From an uncultured delta proteobacterium (lineage in GTDB: Bacteria; Myxococcota; Myxococcia; Myxococcales; Myxococcaceae), in the NCBI GenBank assembly GCA_963771175.1, contig CAVYSY010000034.1, forward strand, positions 19,360 to 83,359: 64,000 nt of DNA. Direction: 5' to 3'. Position numbers and translations under genes: made by a program. The notes beneath the pieces are model-generated. The model did no database searches. It saw only the letters and a list, made by a program, of their open reading frames with translations, and was not told where the DNA came from. Positions 30,719 to 41,700 of the stretch are shown one piece after another (the stretch's first letter is position 1; each line of letters starts with the position of its first letter).

Positions 30719-30722
30719 GGTG

Positions 30723-33700
30723 CTAGCGAAGCGGCATGGAGTGCACGTGCTGCAGGGTTCCATTCGGGTTGACGACGTGGAACTCGATGGACGTCACGTT
30801 CGGGTTGCTCATGAGGGCCTTGTACTCGTCCCTCCAGATGGCGCTCGTGGAGAGTCCTTGCGAGTTGTGCACCACGTACGCCGGACCCTTGGCCCCCGAG
30901 GCGAAATCGAGCGAGCTGTTGAGCCAGAGCGGCCTCGCTTGCTCCCAGGGCAGGTTGCCCGTCTGTTGTGCCACGGCCCGGCCCTGTGCCGTCATGTCCA
31001 TGGTGACGCCGCCGACGCGAGTCGCCAGTTGCTGTGCGGCGCCCTGCGCCAGGTCACCACCCGCCCAGAAGACCCTGGGCGCGCTGGTGGCCACCTTCGC
31101 TCCGGCGAAGACATCGCCGATGAGGGGTACGGCGGACCCCACGGAGAGCAGGGCATCCCCCCAGTTGCCACGAATCGCGGAGATGCCCGCGTTGAGCAGG
31201 TCGGGCACCGCGCCAGCCCCCGGAATGAACCCAGCGCCCGTGAGCACCATTTGAGCCTTGTCCAGCGTGGCGCTGGAGAAGAGGCCACTCGAGCTCTGCG
31301 CCTCGGTACCCAGCGGGTCGACGAGGTTGAGCGGATCATTCTTGACGTAGGCGTAGAGGTTGACGTCGTCCTTGGTGCCGATGGGGTCCGTCTGGACGAA
31401 GCGCCCCAGCCACGGGGCATAGGCCCGGGCCCGCAGGTCGACGAAGCCCGTCTCGGCCTGGAGGCGGCGTCCCAGCCAGCGAAGGGGCACGCACCCCGCC
31501 GCCGTCGACTGGCACGCGGCCACCGACGACCCGCCGAAGGGGTCATAGCTGTACTTCGCCGTCACGTTGCCCGTGGCGTCCGTGACACCGATGACGCTCC
31601 CGAGGCGATCCGCCAGGAGGTACTTCTTGGCGGCGCCCTCGATGATGGCGAGCGTCTCGTCCATCGCGGGGCCGGGGATGTAGCGCCGGATGAGGGCATT
31701 GGAGCCGTTGTAGTCTCCAATCTCCGCCATGCCCGCGAACAGCACCTGGCTGACGGTGGTGCCGACGGACTTCTTCACCTGACGGCCCGTCGGGTCGAAG
31801 GTGTAGCTGGTCGTCGTGCCGCCCTGGGTGGCACTGGTGAGCCGGCTCAGGTTGTCGTACGCCAGCGTCAGACCATTGGTGCTCGTGACGTTGCCGTTGA
31901 CGTCGTGGCCCTGCGCCTGGCCCTTCCACGTCGTGTATTGGTTGAGACCATTCGAAGCGAAGGCCGCCGTCTCCGTCGCTCCTGGAGCGTAGACATAGGC
32001 GGCGTTCGTCGAGAAAGCCCCCGTGAGCTGATTGGCATTGTTGTAGCCATACGTCAGCGTCACGTCATCGACGGTGCCGGCGACGTCGTGCGTCACGGTA
32101 TAGAGAGGCCCCCGCTGCGTGTACGCATAGGAGGTCGTCACGCCGCCTCGCACCAGGGAGGTGCGCCGCGACAGCTGGTCATACCCGAAGGTGACGAGGG
32201 TGGTGGTACCCGACTCCTTCACCGCGCTGACGCGGTTGGCGGCGTCGTACTCGTACGTGACGTAGTAGTTGTCCGGCCACGTCAGCCGCTCCAGGTTGCC
32301 CGCGCCGTTGTACGCGAAGCCGATGTTGCGCGTCCACGTGCCGACCTTGTCGCTCGTCTGAGACATGCGACCGGCGGTGTCGTACGTGTAGGAGACGACG
32401 TGCGTGTCGTCCTCGTAGCGAGTCCTCGTCGGGCGCCCCGCGGCGTCGAAGTCGTACCCGGTGTTGAGCTGGCCTCCGCCCGTCCGGCGACGCTGGCGGC
32501 CGAGGGCATCGTACTCGTAGGTGAAGAGCTGTCCGGTGCGGGTACGACGGCTGATGATGTTGCCGTCCGCGTCGTATCCGAGCTCCTCGTAGTCCGTCGT
32601 GCTGGACTGGCCCGCCGTCGTCGCGCTGGGGTAGTAGCTCCTCTTCAGCCGGTCGTACGCGTCGTACTCGTACGTCGTCTTGTTCCCCTTGGCGTCCGTC
32701 AGCGTCAGCGGAAGCGCGTCGTTGGTGTACGTGTAGGTGCCCTCGGTGACTTGCGAGGCCGTCCCGTACGCCTTGTAGATGCGCCACTCCTTGCCGTCGG
32801 CGTACCTGTCGTAGCGCGTCACCCGCCCTTGCATGTCCGTCACGGACAGCAGGCGTCCGGCGTCGTCATAGGCGTTGACCGTCTTGGGCGTCGTGCCGTC
32901 GACGGTGTAGGCCCATGCCGAGATGGTGGCCAGCTTGCCCGTCGCCGTGTAGGTGCGCGCCTGCCGCAGCCACTGCGCCCCAATCTGACGGCGCGTCTCC
33001 GTCAGGCGGCCGTCCACGTTGTAGGACCATTCCGTCGTGGGAGAGGACTGCCCCGTCACGGGCACCGGCAGCACCTCGCGCTCACGCTGGCGGTTCGCGT
33101 TGTACACGTAGGTGGCCGTGTTCCCACGCGGATCCTTCACCGAGCTGACATCCCCCGCCGTCGTGTAGAGGAACTCCGTCACGAGGTTGAGGCCCGTCGG
33201 GTCCACCTTCTTCTGGAAGAGCGTCTTCTTCCCAACCTCGTCGTAGACGAACGTGATGACACGGTTGGTCGGGTCCGTCTCCTGGGTCATCTGCCCACGG
33301 GTGTTGTAGGTCCACGTCCGGACCGGCTGCACTCCATCCACGAGCGGCTCGGTGCGCTGGAGGAGGTTGCCCTTCGCGTCATAGGTGTACGACGTCTGGT
33401 TGCCGCGAGCGTCCTTCGTCCATGCCGGCTTGTTCCAGGTGGTGTGGAAGGACGCCGTGGTGACGAGGTCCCCCGTCCCCGTCTTGGGCTTGAGGCGCGA
33501 CTCGATGACGTTGTAGCGCGAGTCGTACGTCGTGAGCGTCTCGTTGCCCTCGGGCTGCCTGGTGCTCACCAGGTTCTGCTGGCCGTCGTAGGCGTACGTC
33601 GTCACCCGCCCGAGTTGGTCGATGAAGCGCCGCACCTGCCCGTTCGAGTCGAAGTACCAGCTCTTCGAGTTGCCGAGCGGATCCACCTCCTCCGACCGCG

Positions 33701-36700
33701 AGCCGGCGGCGAAGTACTGGGTCAGCTTGCCGTTGGCGTCGAGCTGCTCCTTGACGCGTCCCAGCGTGTCATACGTGTTGGTGACGAAGGCCGCGGCAGG
33801 CGCCGAGGGGTAGAATATCTTCTGCATCCGCCCGGCCGACACGTAGCCGTACGTCGTCGAGTTCAGCCGCGGGTCCTTCACCGACGTCAGGTCGCTGCCC
33901 GTATAGGTGAAGTCGACGGCGCGCCCGGCCCCATCGGCGACCCGGGTGAGCCGCCCCGAGGTATAGGTGAAGGCCAGACTCCATCCGTAGGTATGGGCCA
34001 CGGACGACAGCAGGCCGCTGGTGTACGTGAACGTCAGCCCCACCGCGTTGGGGTTCTTGTGGGTGGCCACCGTGCCGTCGGCGTTGAACGCCATGACGTC
34101 CTGCGTCTTCGTCGTCAACTGCCAGTTCGCGGGCTTGGTGAGCGTCGAGGCCGTGCCCGGAGGCGGAAGGTAGCGGAAGAGGAGCACGCCACCAGTGCCC
34201 AGACCATTGGGCGCCTTGATGAACTGCTGGTTGGAGCCCACGGACGACAGCATCTTGGAGTTGTCGACCAGCGCCTGCGTCGACCACTCCTGAGCCAGCG
34301 TGGCCAGCACCAGGTTGTTCAGCCCCTTGGAGGTATTGAGCAGGTCATGCGAGACATACAGGCCGACGATCATCGCCGCCGCGTCCGCCGTGGAGTCCTC
34401 GCCCATTCCCTGGAAGCCGTCGCTGTCCTCGCGGATGCGGATGTCCAGGGTGTGCCCCCAGCCCCGGCCCAGCACGCCATCCTGGAGGTAGGCCGCCGAG
34501 TTGTAGCTCCGCTCGAAGGCGAGCTCCACGTCCTGCGGCCCCGCCCAGAGGTCCTTCGTCCGGTGCACGAAGTCAGCCGTGACGATGTTGACCGGGTCTC
34601 CCGACGTCGGCTGGTAGCTGGAAACTCCGCCGCTGAAGGTGCTCGACTGCGTGGTGGAGATGATGCCCGTGGACGTGGTGCTCGAAGTCACCGTTGCGCT
34701 GGAGAAGCCTCCCTTGGCGCCGTTGATGATGTGGCCGATGCCCGTGTTCGCCGAGTTGATGCCCAGGAACGTGAAGCCCACCCACGAGCCCTGGCCCAGG
34801 TTCCCCTCACCAGGGACGATGAGCCGGTAGCCCGCGCCGAGGTAGGACTCCATGGCAGCCAGCTCGTTGGCGTCGAAGTTGAGCAGCTGGAGCTTCGGCT
34901 TGATGGTCGCCCAGTTGGCGCTCGTCGCCTCGTAGAACGTCTTCGCCCCGTTGTTGGCGACGTCGAAGAGGCTCACCGTGGAGATGCCCTCGACGGCCTG
35001 CGTCTGCTCGATGACCGTCGACTCGAAGGCGCTGCCGAAACCGGAGGAGGAGAAGAAGGCCGTCGAGTCATTGCCGCCCGCCTTGGAGACGGTGAAGACG
35101 GCGCCGAAGGGGATGTCCACGTACGGCGCGGTCGTCTGGCCCGTCACGCCAATCATGTGGTGGGCATAGACATAGGAGCCCGTCACGCGCTCGACGAGCT
35201 TCATGGAGGTGGTGCGCTCGGCCAGCCACAGGTCGGCCAATTGCTGCATGCTCTCGCCCAGCACCGGCTCGGAGTCCGCCGCGCTGCCTCCCACCTTCGA
35301 GGCATTGCCCTTGTTGCGGTGGTGATCGGCGGTCGCGCGGGACGTCTCGCCCCACCCGTTCATCACGGCGTAGGTGTAGCCGGAGCCGACTCGCAGGCTC
35401 ATCGTCCCGGACTGGTCCGCGTAGGTGCCGCTGTTGGCCGAGTACGGCTCGTTGATGGTCACCGTCATGGACTGGACGCCGCCGGCCGTGCCCGCCGTCG
35501 TCGCGGTGGCCACCGTCGCACCGTCCAGCATCAGCACCGCCTTGTTGTCAGCCCCGTAGCGGAAGGTGAGCCGCTTGGGGCCCAGGTCCGCCGCGTAGTA
35601 CGTCTTGTCGATGCCCGCGAGTTGCAGCCGCAGCGTGGGCTGGTACGTGGTGGGCACCGAGGTCCAGATGGCCGGCGTGGTGGTGGGCTTCAGCTTCGGG
35701 TTGGACGTGACGCGCAGGTCCGCCTGCCCCACGATGGACTGGATGGGCCGACCGCCCAGCGCCTGGTCCATCGTCTTGAACTGGTGGTTGGCGTTCAGGT
35801 GGTTGATGAGATTCGTCGCGTAGGTGTGCAGCTTCTGGCGGATGGCGGTGCCGTTGAAGCTCTTCACCGAGGCGCCCGCCACGTCTCCCGCCACTCCGCC
35901 CGCGGCGGTGAGGAAGTCGCTCTGGGTATAGCCCATCGCCGTGGCGAGGCTGACGGCCGCCGTGCCGAGGGCGGCCTGCTTGCGGGCCGGGTCGAAGTGA
36001 TAGTACGTCGTCCCCAGCTCCTTGCCGGTGGCGCGCACCCAGACGTGCCCCATGTCCATCTGCGGGACGTTTCCGGTGCCATCCACCCAGTACGCCATGG
36101 GGATGCCGCCGCTCGGCACCAGGTACGGAATGACATTGTCCTTCTTCGTGCCGAACAACATCTCGATGTCCGTCCCCGTGAGGCGGACCTCGCCCTGCAC
36201 CAGGTCCGCCGTGTAGCCGGCCGAGCGCAGCAGTTGCACCATGAGGTTGGCCTGGTCGAAGGCGTTGCCCGACTGGTCCAGGATGACGGCCTGGGGGCTC
36301 TTCCTCAGGCCCCACGTCGGGACGTAGGTGATGTTGTCGTGGACGTACTCGTAGATGCGGTCCACGTCACTGCGCAGGGAGCGGGCCAGCTCGACGACGT
36401 CGCTGACGGGCAGCACCGCCAGGGCCTGCACCTGCGAGTCGCTGCCCGCGAGCTGCTGCTGATTCTCGTAGTAGCGGCGCGCCTCCTCCATCGTCACCGC
36501 CGGCGCCTGCATCAGCTCCACCGCGGGAAGCCGCGGCCCACTGGCGCGCGGAGCCTTCAGCTCCTCCGGGTTGCCTCCACGCTGCCACGAGGATTCCTCC
36601 TCGGACTTCCCCTCGCGCGCGTCCACCACCCTGTCGAGCGCGCCGGGCACGACCACGCCCGACTGCGGCGCGGGCACCTGCAGACACGCCGTCACCGCGC

Positions 36701-37100
36701 CGTCCGCCACCCCAGTCACCGTCAAATCCGCGCGCACCACGTCCGCGACGAGGGCGTCGGCGCTGTCACACGCGTCCAGCTCCAGCGCCTGGCCGCGCAC
36801 CGTGTAGCTGCACCCAAGCTGCGTCCCGTCCGCCTGGACGAGGCGCAGGCTCGCCGTCATCCCCTCGGCCACGGGCTTCTCGCCCCGCCACTCCAGGGCG
36901 GAGGGGACATAGACCTTCTGCGGCACGAGCGACTGCTCACTGCGCTCGGCGCTCCACTCTCCCGCGCTCGCGACCCCCTGCCGCACCGCAACCGCCACAC
37001 TGGGGCTGCATGGCTGCCCGGACCCGAGCTGCGCGGCGACGTCCGCTTCTCCACAGGAGGAGACGAAGACGAGCGCCAACAAACCAACCCATACTCTCAT
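30723..37100 (-). CDS. RHS lipoprotein with N-terminal transglutaminase-like domain and ADP-ribosyl-cyclase-like (Tox-ARC) C-terminal tip
   Basis: Start MRVWVGLLALVFVSSC. Contains GNAFDQANL..LLRSAG/HVWV/FDP, GDPVN (DUF6531-like), YD repeats and YVKNDPLNLVDPLG. Tip: VFWAG...GG.T...T..G...W...S..FA...G...S.IW..E..AL..N. Confidence 0.85.
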   Translation of the reverse strand: MRVWVGLLALVFVSSCGEADVAAQLGSGQPCSPSVAVAVRQGVASAGEWSAERSEQSLVPQKVYVPSALEWRGEKPVAEGMTASLRLVQADGTQLGCSYTVRGQALELDACDSADALVADVVRADLTVTGVADGAVTACLQVPAPQSGVVVPGALDRVVDAREGKSEEESSWQRGGNPEELKAPRASGPRLPAVELMQAPAVTMEEARRYYENQQQLAGSDSQVQALAVLPVSDVVELARSLRSDVDRIYEYVHDNITYVPTWGLRKSPQAVILDQSGNAFDQANLMVQLLRSAGYTADLVQGEVRLTGTDIEMLFGTKKDNVIPYLVPSGGIPMAYWVDGTGNVPQMDMGHVWVRATGKELGTTYYHFDPARKQAALGTAAVSLATAMGYTQSDFLTAAGGVAGDVAGASVKSFNGTAIRQKLHTYATNLINHLNANHQFKTMDQALGGRPIQSIVGQADLRVTSNPKLKPTTTPAIWTSVPTTYQPTLRLQLAGIDKTYYAADLGPKRLTFRYGADNKAVLMLDGATVATATTAGTAGGVQSMTVTINEPYSANSGTYADQSGTMSLRVGSGYTYAVMNGWGETSRATADHHRNKGNASKVGGSAADSEPVLGESMQQLADLWLAERTTSMKLVERVTGSYVYAHHMIGVTGQTTAPYVDIPFGAVFTVSKAGGNDSTAFFSSSGFGSAFESTVIEQTQAVEGISTVSLFDVANNGAKTFYEATSANWATIKPKLQLLNFDANELAAMESYLGAGYRLIVPGEGNLGQGSWVGFTFLGINSANTGIGHIINGAKGGFSSATVTSSTTSTGIISTTQSSTFSGGVSSYQPTSGDPVNIVTADFVHRTKDLWAGPQDVELAFERSYNSAAYLQDGVLGRGWGHTLDIRIREDSDGFQGMGEDSTADAAAMIVGLYVSHDLLNTSKGLNNLVLATLAQEWSTQALVDNSKMLSSVGSNQQFIKAPNGLGTGGVLLFRYLPPPGTASTLTKPANWQLTTKTQDVMAFNADGTVATHKNPNAVGLTFTYTSGLLSSVAHTYGWSLAFTYTSGRLTRVADGAGRAVDFTYTGSDLTSVKDPRLNSTTYGYVSAGRMQKIFYPSAPAAAFVTNTYDTLGRVKEQLDANGKLTQYFAAGSRSEEVDPLGNSKSWYFDSNGQVRRFIDQLGRVTTYAYDGQQNLVSTRQPEGNETLTTYDSRYNVIESRLKPKTGTGDLVTTASFHTTWNKPAWTKDARGNQTSYTYDAKGNLLQRTEPLVDGVQPVRTWTYNTRGQMTQETDPTNRVITFVYDEVGKKTLFQKKVDPTGLNLVTEFLYTTAGDVSSVKDPRGNTATYVYNANRQREREVLPVPVTGQSSPTTEWSYNVDGRLTETRRQIGAQWLRQARTYTATGKLATISAWAYTVDGTTPKTVNAYDDAGRLLSVTDMQGRVTRYDRYADGKEWRIYKAYGTASQVTEGTYTYTNDALPLTLTDAKGNKTTYEYDAYDRLKRSYYPSATTAGQSSTTDYEELGYDADGNIISRRTRTGQLFTYEYDALGRQRRRTGGGQLNTGYDFDAAGRPTRTRYEDDTHVVSYTYDTAGRMSQTSDKVGTWTRNIGFAYNGAGNLERLTWPDNYYVTYEYDAANRVSAVKESGTTTLVTFGYDQLSRRTSLVRGGVTTSYAYTQRGPLYTVTHDVAGTVDDVTLTYGYNNANQLTGAFSTNAAYVYAPGATETAAFASNGLNQYTTWKGQAQGHDVNGNVTSTNGLTLAYDNLSRLTSATQGGTTTSYTFDPTGRQVKKSVGTTVSQVLFAGMAEIGDYNGSNALIRRYIPGPAMDETLAIIEGAAKKYLLADRLGSVIGVTDATGNVTAKYSYDPFGGSSVAACQSTAAGCVPLRWLGRRLQAETGFVDLRARAYAPWLGRFVQTDPIGTKDDVNLYAYVKNDPLNLVDPLGTEAQSSSGLFSSATLDKAQMVLTGAGFIPGAGAVPDLLNAGISAIRGNWGDALLSVGSAVPLIGDVFAGAKVATSAPRVFWAGGDLAQGAAQQLATRVGGVTMDMTAQGRAVAQQTGNLPWEQARPLWLNSSLDFASGAKGPAYVVHNSQGLSTSAIWRDEYKALMSNPNVTSIEFHVVNPNGTLQHVHSMPLR

Positions 37101-37143
37101 ATTTTTTTCCTTACCGATGTCTGTCTCTCGTACCCGTCGTGCT

Positions 37144-37500
37144 TCAGGGCGTCGGGAGAGTGGGGTTGGGGTTGGTGATGGTCGTGTCGATGACGCGCTG
37201 CGTGCGATTGCCCGCGCTGTCATAGCTGTACACGATGCGCTTCGTCGAAGCCGGGTACTCCGCCCACGCCAGTCTACCCAGCGCGTCATACCCATAGGTG
37301 ACGGCCGTCTGCGTTACCAGCGCGTCCTGCCGCGTGGAGACCGCCACACTCCCCTCTCGAGCCACCGAGGGGGACTCCCCACCGGACGTCGTCTCCGGCG
37401 CCTTCGCCCCCGAACCACACGCCGCCCCGAAGGCAATAAAGGCCCACAGCGACAAGCCCGAGACTCTTCGCCCGTGCCCTGGACGATGCCTGCATTTCAT
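37144..37500 (-). CDS. Small YD-repeat lipoprotein
   Basis: Lipobox-like AFGAAC followed by only two YD units (YGYDALGRL...YSYDSAGNRT). Confidence 0.75.
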   Translation of the reverse strand: MKCRHRPGHGRRVSGLSLWAFIAFGAACGSGAKAPETTSGGESPSVAREGSVAVSTRQDALVTQTAVTYGYDALGRLAWAEYPASTKRIVYSYDSAGNRTQRVIDTTITNPNPTLPTP

Positions 37501-37531
37501 TTCGCTTCTCCTTCTTCCTGGATGGTTGAAG

Positions 37532-37570
37532 CGCGAAATAACTCATGTGCACTCGAACAATTATTTCGCG
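37532..37570. promoter_or_regulatory. 10-bp inverted repeat CGCGAAATAA-N19-TTATTTCGCG upstream of the YD/RHS operon
   Basis: Perfect inverted repeat in an AT-rich intergenic stretch about 30 bp upstream of 37500. Confidence 0.4.
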
Positions 37571-38201
37571 AGAAACCTAAAAAGCACTTCTCGTGCCAGA
37601 GGAATCCCTGAGAGGGATACCCAGGACGAACGGCCCCTTGGGAGCAGAGGGTCCGCGCGAGCCATGGCGTTTGTGTGGACTTTTCTCCACAGTGTGTGGG
37701 GGGGCGTCCACTCCATTACATTCCGCGTCAGGCTCGGAGTCATGAACTCCAGCCCTGTCCGAGGCCTCGCCCTCGCCGAAATGCTCAGGCAACCCCTCCT
37801 CGTGAAGTCAGCCATACCGTGAAGTGAGCCGTACGCGTGCCACCATCAATGACCCAGGGTCACGTAATAAATGACCCTGGGACACTTGTCAGACAGCCTG
37901 CGCCACCCCACCCGCTAGACTCACTCGCGGGCCCGTGGAGGCTGTCGTGCTGCGCAAGCTGGATGAGAACCCGTGGGTCGCGGAACAGCCGCTGAACGAC
38001 ATGGGAGGAGTCGCTCAGAACGAGGCGGTGGCCGTCACCGTGCCCGAGGAGGGTGTGGTGACGACGTTGTTGGACCCGCCCAACGCCTTCCTTGCACTGG
38101 TGCACACCTCGCGACAGTCCGGGAGCGCGCCGAGGCAGGCGCAGTCGCGAAATGAAGGGGGGCGCCGTACACTGCCTGACCCAACGCTCCTGGAGGATCT
38201 C

Positions 38202-38603
38202 ATGGGATTCCTGCGGCCCCACGCCGAACGCATCTACGCCCTGCTCCGAATCATCACCGGACTGATGTTCATGCAGCACGGGTTGCAGAAGATCTTCGGC
38301 CTCTTCGGCGGCATGCCTGCCGGGGTGCCGGCGTTCATCACCTACGGCGCGGGATCGATCGAGCTCGTGTGCGGCGCGCTCGTCGCGATCGGGCTGTTCG
38401 CCGCCCCCGCGGCCTTCCTCGCGAGCGGCACCATGGCGTTCGCCTTCTTTCTCGGGCACGTGATTCCCGCCAAGGGCAATCTCATCCCGGTGGTGAACAA
38501 GGGCGAGCTCGCCGCGCTCTACTGCTTCGTGTTCCTCTACATCGCCGCGCACGGCTCGGGAATCTGGAGTGCCGACGCCGCGCGCAAGGGCGCGAAGAGT
38601 TAG
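38202..38603 (+). CDS. DoxX-family membrane protein
   Basis: GGAGG RBS. ALLRIITGLMFMQHGLQKIFG, IELVCGAL..IG, NKGELA and GSG.WS.D. Confidence 0.9.
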   Translation: MGFLRPHAERIYALLRIITGLMFMQHGLQKIFGLFGGMPAGVPAFITYGAGSIELVCGALVAIGLFAAPAAFLASGTMAFAFFLGHVIPAKGNLIPVVNKGELAALYCFVFLYIAAHGSGIWSADAARKGAKS

Positions 38604-38672
38604 ACGTCGCCCCAAACATCGAAAGCAACCGACGACAGGGTCATCGCGCTCACCCAGACCAGCGTATTCCTC

Positions 38673-38730
38673 GGGCTGGCCAGGGCCGGGGAAGCCCCCG
38701 CTCGGCGGCGGGGGCTCCCCAGTCCAGCCC
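38673..38730. terminator. Hairpin between convergent DoxX and RHS genes
   Basis: AGCCCCCGC/GCGGGGGCT core stem with GGGCTGG/CCAGCCC outer stem. No U-tract. Confidence 0.45.
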
Positions 38731-38732
38731 GC

Positions 38733-41700
38733 TCAGAACAGACGCGGGAAGATCGCCGAGACGGAGTTGCCGCCCGTGCCGGCGATGCCTTCCACCTGTC
38801 CGGCAATCGGCAACGTCTTCGACATTCCGAAGAAGTTGTGGCCCAGGTAGAGGTAGCCGGGGCCCACGCCGAAGCCGTCCGAGCCCGCCAGGAAGCCGGC
38901 CGCGTCATGCAGCACGCCGTGCGCCTTCACTCCCGGAATCCACCCGGTGGTGACCTCCAGCACCTGTGTCATCCACCCATCCCCCGGCCCCACCAGTCCT
39001 CCGCTGGTGTTGAGCGCGATGGCCTCTCCCGCGGACAGCGCTCCTCCCGTGGCGCGCTCCATCGCCGCTCCGTACTGGCGCTGCCACGGCTTCCAGTTCT
39101 CCGGATGGTTGATGATCGCCCGGTCCGCCTCCGAGAGCTTGTTCAGCTTGTCTCCCTTCTGCGCCAGGATCGTCGCCCTGTCCTGCTCCGAGATCCTGTC
39201 CCGAAGCTTGTCCGCTCCGGTGCGAAGGTTCTCGTCCATCTGCTTGAATTCATGGAAGAGACTCTGGGCGGTGTAGGCCCACCCGATGGCTTGTTTGAGA
39301 TTGGAGTCCAGCGGGCTGACGGGTGAGGTGAGCGCCGACACGGAGCCACCTACCCAGGCGGCCTGCGTGGTGAGCTTGTCGGCGAGGAAGCCCGCGCCAA
39401 AGACATACGCGGACGAGGCCCCCAGCAACACCCCACCGATGCTCATCAACATCGGGTCCTTGAGGACATAGCCCGCCGTCACGGTGGCGGCGCCGACGAC
39501 GGCGATGACGAAGGCGGTGCCGGTGAAGCTGGTGGCCACGCCCACACTGACTGCGGTGGCGATGGCGGCCACCACCGGCACGTGGCCCGTGGGGTCCGTG
39601 TTGGAGATGGGGTTGTTGTAGACGTAGGCGTAGCGGTTGAGCGCCTGCGGATTGTCCGAGGACGGCACCAGCGCGTCCGGGGAGATGAAACGGCCCAACT
39701 GCGGGTCGTAGTAGCGGGCGCTCATGTAGACGAGGCCCGTCTCGTCCACCTCGTGTCCGCCGTAGCCGCGGCTGTTGGTCAGGGTGCCGCTGGAGGCCAG
39801 CGTGGCGCCGAAGGCGGAGTAGTCGTAGCCGGCGACCTTCTGTCCGGCCTGATTGGAGATCGCACGCACCGAGCCCAGGTGGTCCTGGTGGAACCAGTAG
39901 GCACCGGTGGCGTCACGTTTCGCCACCAGCAGGGGACCCGCGTAGTAGTGCTTGGTGAGGCCCTTGGGCCCCAGTTCCAGCAGCGAGCCGAAGTAACGCG
40001 TGGTCCCGGAGGGGGAGCTCTTCAGCACGCGCTGGCCGCTGGCGTCATGGGCGAAGGTGGTGATGCCGGCGGCCGTGGTGGCGCGAGCCAGACGGTTGTC
40101 CGAGTCCCACTCCAACGTGCGCCCTCCACCGGACACCAGGTTGCCGTTGGCGTCGTAGGTGTACGTGCCGGCACCCGCTACCGTGGCCGCGTGCCGGTGC
40201 GTCCCATCCGCGTACTGGTAGCTGCCCACCTGCGAATTCCAGGTGATGTTGCCCAGGGCGTCATAGGTGAAGGACTGCGACTGGTTGCCAGAGACGCTGG
40301 TGAGACGGCTGAGGGCGTCATAGCCATAGCCGAGGTTGGACAACGGGTTGGTGGTCGAGGACGTGGAAGTCACCCGCCCGCCCGCGTCGTAGCCATAGCT
40401 GGACTGGAACAGCGTGCCGGAGGGTCCGGTGACGGAGGCCGACGTCAGCCACTGGCGCGCGTCCGCGTAGGAGAAGCGCGCCGTGGTGCCATTGGCATAG
40501 GCCGCCGACAGCAGTTGTCCCCGGCCGTTGTAGGTGAGGGCATTGACATAGCCCGCCACGCTGCCGAGCCGGCCGACGGTGTCATAGCCATACGACACCA
40601 CCTCTCCATCCGGGTACGTCACCTTCGACAGGCGTCCCGCGACGTCGTAGCCCTGGCTCAGCGTGTAGCAGACGCCGCTCACGCACTTCGTCAGGGAGGT
40701 CACCCGCCCCGCGCTGTCGTAGGCGCGCGACTCGCTGCCGGAGGGTTCCACCACGCTCGTCAGCGTCCCCTGCCCCGCCCCGTGCCCGGCCTCGTCGTAC
40801 GTCCAGCGCACCTGCTTGCCGTCCGCCAGCGTCTTGGTGAGGCGCCGTCCGAGCGCGTCATACGTGAAGGTGCTCACCTGCCCCTTCGCGTCCCGGTACG
40901 TGAGGATGTGCCCCGCCGCGTCGTAGGTGAAGCTGCTGCACCCGGTGTCCGGATCACAGCCCGTCAGCTTGCGGCCCAGGGAGTCCCACGTGACGGTGGT
41001 GACATTGCCAGCCGCGTCCGTCACCCGCACCAGGTTGCCCAGCAGATCATGCTTGGACGTGGTGTACTGGTACGTGGAGCCATTCTTCTCCCGCACCTGC
41101 GTCGTCTGGCCGTAGGCATCCGCCCACACCACCTTCTCCCGGCCCAGCTCGTCGTAGCTGGCGACATACCCATTGCCATATACGCGCTGGCCCGACGTGC
41201 CGTCCGGGTTGGTGATGGTGCGCAGCCGGCCCAGCCCGTCGAAGGAGAACACCTGGTACTGCGGCGACTCGCCGGGGCCATACACCGCGGACTTCTTCCA
41301 GACTCGCGAGGAGCCGTCGCTGTAGAGCGACTCCTGGACGAAGCCCCCCTCCTTCACCGTCTTGTACTGGCGGCCCAGCCCGTCCTCGTACACCTCCATC
41401 CACAGCCCGTCCGCCGTCCCGTCCGACACCGTGCGGCGGATGCGCTGCGCCGAGGGGTTGCCCCAGCTCAGGTAGGCGAACGTCTCCGTGCTCCCGTCCG
41501 GCAGCAGCGTCTGCACCGGCCGGCCCAGGGCGTCGTGCGTGTACGTGGTGACGTTGCCGTTGATGTCCGTCTGGGACTTCACCAGGTCCTGCCCGGTCTC
41601 CCAGGCCTTCGTCGAGCATTGGCCCAGCGCGTTGCAACGTTTGATTTCGTGGCGGTGGTAGGTCGGGTCGTACTCGACGGTGCGGGTGTAGCCGCGCTCG

